A DNA stretch of 64,000 nucleotides. It comes from an uncultured Eubacteriales bacterium. Lineage in GTDB: Bacteria > Acidobacteriota > Aminicenantia > Aminicenantales > Aminicenantaceae. Below the pieces are notes generated by a model, which had not been told where the DNA came from, searched no databases, and saw nothing but the letters and a program-made list of their open reading frames with translations. Of this stretch, positions 57,056-64,000 are shown piece by piece; the first letter of the stretch is position 1, and every line of letters starts with the position of its first letter. A program made the translations under genes and the position numbers. The stretch covers positions 26,263 to 90,262 of the forward strand of contig CAZWHQ010000010.1 of NCBI GenBank assembly GCA_964633715.1, in the 5' to 3' direction.

Positions 57056-59536
57056 ATGAGAATTGCAGCACTGACTCTTTTTTCTCTTTTTCTTCTTTTT
57101 TGTCTTAATCCGGCCTATGCCCAGACTGGAAAAATCCAAGGAACCGTTACATTGGAGGACGGAGAAGGACTGCCCGGAGTGGCCATCACCATTGAGGGGA
57201 CAAAAATGGCCACTTTTACTGATACAAACGGATTCTTCTCTCTTACAGGAATAACCCAGGGAGAGGTCACGCTTGTGGCTGAGTTGGAAGGCTTTGAAAA
57301 GATGAGGCGGACAGTTTTAGTCCAAAATGCAACAACAATCGTTGTCAATTTCACAGTAGAAATGCTTAAAATTTCAGAAGAGGCCGTTGTTGTGGCTGAA
57401 AAGCCGCTGCTCAGCAATACCGAAGAAATCAGCGAAACTATCCTGACGCCCTCTCAAATTTCCACTCTTCCAAGTCTGGGGGAAAAGGACATCTTCCGGG
57501 CCTTTCAGCTTTTACCTGGGATCAGTGGAAGCAATGAAGCATCATCTGGGCTCTATGTCAGAGGTGGGACTCCTGACCAAAACTTGATTCTGTATGACGG
57601 TTTTACGATATACCATGTCGATCACCTCTTCGGCTATTTCAGCGCTTTTAATATGGAGGCAGTAGAAGCGGTCCGGCTGAACAAAGGCGGATATTCAGCC
57701 AAATACGGAGGACGCCTATCGAGTATCGTGGAGCTTTACGGAAAGACCGGAAGCCCCACGGAATTCCACTTCGGCGCTGGACTCAGCATGCTCAGCGTAA
57801 ACGGTTACGCCGAAATCCCTCTTTTTAAGAAAGGATCGCTAGTGATTGCAGCACGCAGATCGTTTCAGAGCCCACTCTACAACAACATAGCCGACATGTT
57901 CGAAAATGAGCAGGGAGGAATGATGGCCAGGCAGCGTCCCGGCGGAGGACGTTTCGGTTCCACGTATGAATCCGATCCCTCTTCCTATTTCTATGATCTG
58001 AATGCAAAAGCTGAAATTCTTATCTCGTCCAAGGACACTTTCTCTCTGAGTTTCTACAACGGGAAAGATGACCTGGATAATTCCCGCACTATGACCACAC
58101 CTTCGATGATGGCGGATAGAGGAATGACCATGGAAGGAGAGGTGGTTGACGTTACAGAATGGGGAAACACAGGATTGAGCTTCCAGTGGGAAAGGAGCTG
58201 GAACCAATCGTTCTACAGCCAGTTTACAGCGGCCTATTCAAATTACTTTAATAACCGTGACAGAACCAACTCCACGACCATTTCTTTTGATCCTGATTCA
58301 GGTATAGAACCACCCCCATGGATGAACACAGACCAACCCCGAAGTTTTGAACGCGGTTCGATCGAGGATAACGATCTCAGCGATCTTACCTTTCGTCTGG
58401 ATAACAGTCTCGATATCGCCTCAAATAACCGTTTGGAATTCGGGATCCAGGTGACAGCAAACCACGTTACCTACGATTATGAACTAGACCAGTTTCAGGA
58501 AGAAAACGAAAACATAACAGAGAACCTTCAGCCCGGTGGCAGAAGACAACTCGTGGGCATCCTGGACCGAGAAGATGAAGGAACGCTATACGCTTTTTAC
58601 CTGCAGGACAGATGGACTCTTTCTGACAAACTGACTATTACACCAGGACTGCGTGTCACTTATTTTGATTTGACAGAAGACTGGTATTACGAGCCAAGAT
58701 TCTCCTTCAACCTTAAGCTGACAGATACATTCCGGTTCAAGGGGGCTTGGGGAAATTATTATCAATTCGCCAAAAAAGTGGTTAGAGAGGATATGATGCA
58801 GAGCAACAGGGAGTTTTGGGTTTTATCGGATAAAGACAACATTCCTGTGGGTGCGGCGACTCATCATATCGCCGGCGTGAGTTATGAAACCGATGAGTTC
58901 CTGATCGACATCGAGGGATATTATAAAGATCTTACTGGGCTGTCAGAGTTCGCCCTCAGGTTTACTCCAGTGTCAACCGAGGAAGACTACAATCAGTTCT
59001 TTTATGAAGGAACTGGAATCGCCAAAGGCATCGAGCTGCTGCTCCAGAAAAAATTCGGGGATTATACAGGATGGCTGGCCTACACATTGGGTCAAGTGAA
59101 GTATGAATTCCCAGATCTAGAAGATAGACCTTTCCCGGCTCTCCAGGACCAAACCCATGAATTCAAAATGGTCAACAGCTTTACACTAGGGAGCTGGACT
59201 CTGGCAGGAACATGGATTTATGCGACTGGAAAACCGTATACAGAACCTGAAGGAATCGAAAGCACAGAAATATTTTCCGGCCGGACGATAGACCGAGTGG
59301 TTATGGGAGATAAAAACGGTGCCAGGCTGCCTGCATACCATCGCATGGACCTGTCCGCCACTCTCGACTTCGAGCTGTGGGCTGGAGAGGCACAACTGGG
59401 TTTAACCGTTTTTAATGCCTATGACCGGAAGAACGTCTGGTATAAAGAATTCGATGTCATCGAAGGCGAAATAATCGAGAACAATTTTAACCTCATGGGT
59501 TTGACATTCAACCTGTTTTTCAATATTAAATTTTAA
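57056..59536 (+). CDS. TonB-dependent outer-membrane receptor with an N-terminal carboxypeptidase-regulatory-like domain.
   Basis: Signal peptide. The CarbopepD_reg block is QTGKIQGTVTLEDGEGLPGVAITIEG...TDTNGFFSL. The plug motif is YVRGGTPDQNLILYDGFTIY. The C-terminus ends in an aromatic residue (NIKF), typical of outer-membrane beta-barrels. Confidence 0.75.
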   Translation: MRIAALTLFSLFLLFCLNPAYAQTGKIQGTVTLEDGEGLPGVAITIEGTKMATFTDTNGFFSLTGITQGEVTLVAELEGFEKMRRTVLVQNATTIVVNFTVEMLKISEEAVVVAEKPLLSNTEEISETILTPSQISTLPSLGEKDIFRAFQLLPGISGSNEASSGLYVRGGTPDQNLILYDGFTIYHVDHLFGYFSAFNMEAVEAVRLNKGGYSAKYGGRLSSIVELYGKTGSPTEFHFGAGLSMLSVNGYAEIPLFKKGSLVIAARRSFQSPLYNNIADMFENEQGGMMARQRPGGGRFGSTYESDPSSYFYDLNAKAEILISSKDTFSLSFYNGKDDLDNSRTMTTPSMMADRGMTMEGEVVDVTEWGNTGLSFQWERSWNQSFYSQFTAAYSNYFNNRDRTNSTTISFDPDSGIEPPPWMNTDQPRSFERGSIEDNDLSDLTFRLDNSLDIASNNRLEFGIQVTANHVTYDYELDQFQEENENITENLQPGGRRQLVGILDREDEGTLYAFYLQDRWTLSDKLTITPGLRVTYFDLTEDWYYEPRFSFNLKLTDTFRFKGAWGNYYQFAKKVVREDMMQSNREFWVLSDKDNIPVGAATHHIAGVSYETDEFLIDIEGYYKDLTGLSEFALRFTPVSTEEDYNQFFYEGTGIAKGIELLLQKKFGDYTGWLAYTLGQVKYEFPDLEDRPFPALQDQTHEFKMVNSFTLGSWTLAGTWIYATGKPYTEPEGIESTEIFSGRTIDRVVMGDKNGARLPAYHRMDLSATLDFELWAGEAQLGLTVFNAYDRKNVWYKEFDVIEGEIIENNFNLMGLTFNLFFNIKF

Positions 59537-59548
59537 GGAGAAGAAATC

Positions 59549-60406
59549 ATGAAGAAAGAATGTAGAAAGAATATCTTTTGCGTAAATCCCAGGGCCATTA
59601 TCGGGATATGTGTCTTAGGTTTGATCGCTCTTTTTTTCACATCCTGCGCGAGTTTGGAATTGCAAAGTTCTTGGAAAAACAGCGACATTTCAATCGACGG
59701 AAAGAGCGATGACTGGGTGGGACATTTAATGTATGTGGACAACCAGAATATTTCCATTGGAGTGATGAACGACACAAACTATCTCTACGCCTGTGTGGTC
59801 GCTGAAGACCAAATTTTGATCAGCAAGATTATGAGACAGGGAATGACCCTGTGGTTCAATCCGGAAGGTGGAAAGAACAAATTTTTTGGCATCAAATACC
59901 CAAAAGGAAGAGAGGACATGCCACAAGAGGACAGGGAAAACATGAGGCCAGGCACTAAGGCCGATCCTCAAAATCGGAGGCGGGAACTCTTGGCCATCTC
60001 TAACGAAGTCGAAATCTTGCAGGAAAGAAAAGTCCCTATCCAAAGGACCACAGATAACTTAAAAGGGATCGAAGTGTTCTTAAACAGATCGACTGGATTG
60101 ATTGTGTACGAAATTAAAGTTCCGCTTCAAACTGATACCGAGCATCCTTTCGCCATCAATGCTCAAGAAGGAACCGAGATTGGCATCGGAATTGAAGTGC
60201 CGAAAATGACCCTAACCATGAACAGGCCTGCAGGAGGTATGGGCGGAGGTGGCATGGGTGGCCGAGGCGGAGGCATGGGCGGTCGAGGCGGTGGTATGGG
60301 AGGTGGAGGTATGGGCGGCCGCAGTGGAGGCATGACCGGACAACGGACGAACATGCAGAAAAGCATCAAAATCTGGGCTGTAGTCGGGCTGGCCACAGCA
60401 AAATAA
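59549..60406 (+). CDS. Lipoprotein with a C-terminal Gly-Met-rich GGMGG tandem-repeat tail.
   Basis: Lipobox-like LFFTSC. The C-terminal stretch is GGMGGGGMGGRGGGMGGRGGGMGGGGMGGRSGGM. The globular N-terminal domain is unrecognised. Confidence 0.55.
   Translation: MKKECRKNIFCVNPRAIIGICVLGLIALFFTSCASLELQSSWKNSDISIDGKSDDWVGHLMYVDNQNISIGVMNDTNYLYACVVAEDQILISKIMRQGMTLWFNPEGGKNKFFGIKYPKGREDMPQEDRENMRPGTKADPQNRRRELLAISNEVEILQERKVPIQRTTDNLKGIEVFLNRSTGLIVYEIKVPLQTDTEHPFAINAQEGTEIGIGIEVPKMTLTMNRPAGGMGGGGMGGRGGGMGGRGGGMGGGGMGGRSGGMTGQRTNMQKSIKIWAVVGLATAK
60229..60336 (+). repeat. In-frame coding tandem repeat encoding GGMGG(R/G) units.
   Basis: Read directly: ggtatgggcggaggtggc atgggtggccgaggcggaggc atgggcggtcgaggcggtggt atgggaggtggaggt atgggcggccgc. 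The minus-strand Pro-rich ORF 60163..60396 is its shadow. Confidence 0.7.
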
Positions 60407-60478
60407 TCACAGATTTTTATAATTCTTTGTACTAGAATGAAATAACATTGATTGAAGAGTATATAAGGGTAAGAGAAC

Positions 60479-63400
60479 TTGGCTAATTTTTACTTTGTCG
60501 GACGGATCGCCTTTTACGAAGCCAGGCTGTTGATGCGGTCATGGGGATTCCGTTTGTTCGCAGGTCTTGTTTTGATTATCCTCGCTATCGTCAATATCGC
60601 CATTGCCACACCCGCCTTTTACACGCCTTATTTCATGAGATCTCTCTCAGGCTTCTTGCCCTTAAACAGCCTTAAACTCTTTAATGTCTTCCAGGGAATC
60701 ATCGTCGCCTTTATGGCCACGGAATTTTTCAAGCGAGACAGACGGCATGACTCCGTCCAAGTGGTCTTTGCCCGTTCCTTTACCAATGTAGAATATTATC
60801 TAGGAAAAGCCCTGGGGATTTTTTCGGTGTTTCTTCTGCTCAATCTGGCCGTGCTGTTGTCAACTATTGCTATACACATCTTCTTTTCAAATACGCCTTT
60901 TATGCTGCAGCCCTATCTTTTGTACACACTGCTGATCTGTCTGCCCACGCTTATATTTATGATCGGCCTGTCTTTTTTTCTGTCCTCGCTCCTTAAAAGC
61001 CAGGTCGTGGTTTTTCTGGTGCTTCTGGCCTATTCCTTCCTTGTCCTGATCTTTTTGGGGACACCTTTTTTTGGCCTGTTGGATTCTTATGCGTTTTACC
61101 TGCCCCTTATGTGGTCGGACTTTATCGGTTTAGGGAACATCAGCGCTGTCCTGCTCATCCGCCTATCCTATGTGTTTCTGGGCTTAAGTTTTATTTTTGT
61201 CTCCCCCCTGCTTTTCAAACGGCTGAGGCAGTCAGCACTTTCAAATATCGTTGCGGGATCCCTCTCCGCCCTGTTTATGATTTTGGCTCTTGTTTTCGGC
61301 TTCAAATCCATGAGCGGTTTTTACGCCGACAGAGAATTCCGGCAGCAGCTTAAAGCTTTAAACCAGGAAATCGTGGGAATGCCGGTTTTAACGGTTTCGG
61401 ATTACAACATTGAGCTGGAACATTTAGGGGAAACAATCAATGTCTCTGTGGATATGAAGATGACAAATAACACACCGGCATCTATGGATTCTTTTTGGTT
61501 AACGCTAAATCCCGGACTTGAGGTTCAATCGATAACCTGGAAAGGCAATCCGCTTAAATTCAGCCAGGATAAACATCTCATCCACATCACTCCTTCCTCT
61601 ACAGTGGAACCTGGCCATTCACTCGACCTGAACATAGAATATACAGGCCAAGTCGATGAACGCTATTGTTTCCTCGATATCGACAGCAGCCGCTACGAAA
61701 ACCGGTTCCGTCTCTGGCTCTACGATATCCCCAAACACTATGCCCTGGTCACATCCGACTATGTCCACCTCACGCCGGAATCCGGCTGGTATCCAGTACC
61801 CGGGCTCTCCACAGGAAAAGCCTTCCCTGCTCCAGCCGCACCTCAATTCTCTACATATTCCCTTTCAGTTTTAACCTCTGAGGGGCAAACCGTCATTTCC
61901 CAAGGAATTCGTGAAACGCGATTTGAAAACGGACAGACCTGGCACTCATTCAAATCCGAAACAAAACTGCCGCAGATTTCACTCACGATCGGTCTCTACG
62001 AAAAAAAAGAAATCCAGGTCGATGACATCCATTACTCTGTCTACGTTCATCCCGGACATGATTATTTCACACCTTTTCTGGATGAACTGGGCGAAAATCT
62101 GCCGAACATAATACGCGAACAAAAGGATGAATACGAGGTGGTTCTCGGTTTGGACTATCCCTACAAACAGATCTCTCTTGTGGAAGTGCCGATCCACATC
62201 TACAGCTATCAGCGGCTCTGGACCGTGGCCTATGAAACCGTACAGCCCCAACTTGTTTTTCTCCCGGAAATGGGAACCTTCTGCAGCAATGCAGACTTCG
62301 AGGGCCAGGCCCGCAACTGGGAGAAATGGGGAAAATTCAAGAAAGGCGGCCCTGTCCCTCTCTCAGAAGTCCAGTCCTACTTCCTCGTCCAATTTATCAG
62401 ATCGAATCTGCTGAATGAAGGAAGTGAACAGCTGGGCTACATCAAAGGAGAGGGAATTGTAATCACCTTTCAGGCAGATATCGAACCGCAGTTCGAAGTC
62501 TTCCCGAACTTTGTCTCTTACTCCACATATTTTTCCTCGAGTGACTGGCCCGTGCTTAATGTGGCCTTCGAATCCTATATAAGGGAACGCTTTTCCCCGC
62601 CCCAGATAATGGGTAAACGAGGCGGCTTGGGTATCTCCAGAGAAGAGGAGACCAACCTGGATTTGAAGGATTTATCCCTGTCCGCGATGCTGGAGAATTC
62701 AGAAATTGAGGCAGCCGCCATCAATGACGCTCTCCATGCCAAGGGAAAAATGCTCCTGACTTTACTCGAAGCTCAAAGTGCAGATGTGGATTTTAATTTT
62801 TGGATGACTGATTTTCTAAAACAAAACAGATTCCGCACGATCTCTCAACAGGATTTAAGTGATTTCCTGTCGACATATTTTGAACTCAATCTTCCCGAAA
62901 TTATCGATCCCTGGTACACGGACAGCCAAATCCCCGGCTATATTTTCGGGGATGTCGAGAGCTATGATGTCATCGACAGAGAAAGAACCTGGACTCAGAT
63001 CAATTTCAAGGTCGCCAATCCAACCGCTGTGGATGGTGTCATAAAAATTGATTTGCGCTACCGATCGAATAAAAATTCAAAGAACGTCCAGGGGGGCCAA
63101 AGCGACTACTCCAAAGCCCTTCTTGTTCCTGCCGAGACAACGATTGACTTGGGGATATCACTTGACCAACCGCCAGCCTTGATGACCATCGACACCTTTG
63201 TGTCTCAAAATATTCCTGCACTCATCAACGTGCCTTTTTTGGGGAAACAATCTCAACGTGAGGGCGAGCCGTATGACATGGAAACGACAAAGCCCTATGA
63301 TCCTTTGGATTTTATCAGCCGCAGTGAAACCATCGTCGATAATGAAGATGAGGGATTTAAAATCCTCAGTACAACTAAGAAGAGCTGGCTCAGCCGCACA

Positions 63401-63934
63401 CTAAAGAACTTGTTCGGAACAAGAGAAGAGGAATCTCCATTCACGCTTATGAACGTGTACGATCCCCCCGCCTTCTGGTCGCTCTCGGCCAACCAGCAGT
63501 TTTACGGACAAATCATCCGTTCGGCCTATTTAAAAAAAGCCGGTGATGGAGACGATTCTGTAGCCTGGAATGTGGAACTCGAGGAAGGGGGCAGCTATGA
63601 CATTTTCTTCTATAACAGCATCCCCCTCAGGATGCTTAAGGAGATTGAGATGAGTCGGGCCGGTAAAAATACGGGGAAATCAAATTCTACTTCAGGGATA
63701 AGAGGACGATTCAATCGCGGTCCCGGAAAAAGGACCTTTAAAATACCTCATCTATATGGGACGGATGAAGTGGAGATCGATCTTTTGAGTGCCGAGCAGG
63801 GTTGGAACTTTATTGGATCATTCCAGCTGGATGCCGGGCCAAACAAAGTTGAACAGACCGATAAAAACGACACTCTCTATGTTTTGGCCGATGCCATAAA
63901 ATGGGTGAAAAGAAAGGAAACGGAAGAAATTTGA
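60479..63934 (+). CDS. ABC-2-type permease domain (about 270 aa, 6 TM) fused to an extracytoplasmic domain of about 880 aa. 1151 aa in total.
   Basis: The N-terminal hydrophobic helices have the ABC-2 family topology. The rest is soluble-looking. I could not find HEXXH or any other catalytic motif. TTG start. Confidence 0.55.
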   Translation: MANFYFVGRIAFYEARLLMRSWGFRLFAGLVLIILAIVNIAIATPAFYTPYFMRSLSGFLPLNSLKLFNVFQGIIVAFMATEFFKRDRRHDSVQVVFARSFTNVEYYLGKALGIFSVFLLLNLAVLLSTIAIHIFFSNTPFMLQPYLLYTLLICLPTLIFMIGLSFFLSSLLKSQVVVFLVLLAYSFLVLIFLGTPFFGLLDSYAFYLPLMWSDFIGLGNISAVLLIRLSYVFLGLSFIFVSPLLFKRLRQSALSNIVAGSLSALFMILALVFGFKSMSGFYADREFRQQLKALNQEIVGMPVLTVSDYNIELEHLGETINVSVDMKMTNNTPASMDSFWLTLNPGLEVQSITWKGNPLKFSQDKHLIHITPSSTVEPGHSLDLNIEYTGQVDERYCFLDIDSSRYENRFRLWLYDIPKHYALVTSDYVHLTPESGWYPVPGLSTGKAFPAPAAPQFSTYSLSVLTSEGQTVISQGIRETRFENGQTWHSFKSETKLPQISLTIGLYEKKEIQVDDIHYSVYVHPGHDYFTPFLDELGENLPNIIREQKDEYEVVLGLDYPYKQISLVEVPIHIYSYQRLWTVAYETVQPQLVFLPEMGTFCSNADFEGQARNWEKWGKFKKGGPVPLSEVQSYFLVQFIRSNLLNEGSEQLGYIKGEGIVITFQADIEPQFEVFPNFVSYSTYFSSSDWPVLNVAFESYIRERFSPPQIMGKRGGLGISREEETNLDLKDLSLSAMLENSEIEAAAINDALHAKGKMLLTLLEAQSADVDFNFWMTDFLKQNRFRTISQQDLSDFLSTYFELNLPEIIDPWYTDSQIPGYIFGDVESYDVIDRERTWTQINFKVANPTAVDGVIKIDLRYRSNKNSKNVQGGQSDYSKALLVPAETTIDLGISLDQPPALMTIDTFVSQNIPALINVPFLGKQSQREGEPYDMETTKPYDPLDFISRSETIVDNEDEGFKILSTTKKSWLSRTLKNLFGTREEESPFTLMNVYDPPAFWSLSANQQFYGQIIRSAYLKKAGDGDDSVAWNVELEEGGSYDIFFYNSIPLRMLKEIEMSRAGKNTGKSNSTSGIRGRFNRGPGKRTFKIPHLYGTDEVEIDLLSAEQGWNFIGSFQLDAGPNKVEQTDKNDTLYVLADAIKWVKRKETEEI

Positions 63935-64000
63935 AAAAAGACTGTCTAAATAAATAAACCCGATCTCCAAACTGAAAAGGGAGAATTGAACATGGATATA

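Noticed and set aside
60229-60336. Tandem repeat considered as CRISPR or a non-coding VNTR.
   Set aside because: The repeat units are 15-21 nt, in frame, inside a CDS, and have no spacers. It is a coding low-complexity repeat.
60163-60396. Minus-strand Pro-rich ORF (PPPIPPPRPP...).
   Set aside because: It is the reverse-complement shadow of the GGMGG coding repeat.

Overview
The window is 64 kb of bacterial chromosome, about 90 percent coding. GC content is moderate, the assembly looks clean, and no rRNA, tRNA or CRISPR array is present. The gene content mixes secreted hydrolases, redox proteins and envelope functions, which fits an uncultivated or PVC-like glycan and protein degrader, but that is a guess from content only.

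The main parts, left to right:
- Left end: a partial VWA-like secreted protein and a secreted partner. The 530-bp spacer after them holds a 274-bp element bounded by 19-bp inverted repeats, which could be a MITE or a structured RNA.
- 2-6 kb: an SDR oxidoreductase, a GH29 alpha-L-fucosidase with a discoidin tail, and an iduronate-2-sulfatase-like sulfatase.
- 6-9 kb: a small rubredoxin-like Cys-rich protein, a hemerythrin, and an unusually long 630-aa KamA-family radical SAM aminomutase.
- 9-31 kb: after a nitronate monooxygenase-like flavoprotein gene comes a 21-kb run in which every gene is on the minus strand. It contains six paralogous WPxWRGP-motif PQQ-like beta-propeller proteins, a YbbAP-like ABC transporter, a GT4 glycosyltransferase, and a fused NuoE-NuoF-like flavoprotein next to a GltD-like partner, resembling the Stn/Nfn/Hnd class of NAD(P)H:ferredoxin modules. 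The same run carries a NapH/MauN-like membrane polyferredoxin, a NapG/MauM-like Tat ferredoxin, a small Tat-signal Cys protein and an NHL-repeat protein. I rate the upper part of this run (19.6-31.4 kb) as the best candidate for an undescribed cytoplasm-to-periplasm electron-transfer system serving the propeller proteins.
- 31-52 kb: lipocalin, valS, a decayed GNAT pseudogene, an M24 aminopeptidase, a second sulfatase, an NSS transporter, a hotdog thioesterase and three M14 carboxypeptidases. An AT-rich islet in this stretch holds two small ORFs flanked by repeats. Also here are a class-V aminotransferase, cytochrome P460, an O-methyltransferase and a GDP-mannose-3,5-epimerase-like enzyme.
- Right end: an ECF sigma factor, a putative anti-sigma factor and a CpxP/Spy/ZraP-like protein, ending at a clear terminator. 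These are followed by a MacA-like adaptor, a MacB-like permease with no ATPase, a TonB-dependent receptor, a lipoprotein with a Gly-Met-rich GGMGG repeat tail, and an 1151-aa ABC-2 permease fused to a large extracytoplasmic domain. This looks like an envelope or metal-stress island.
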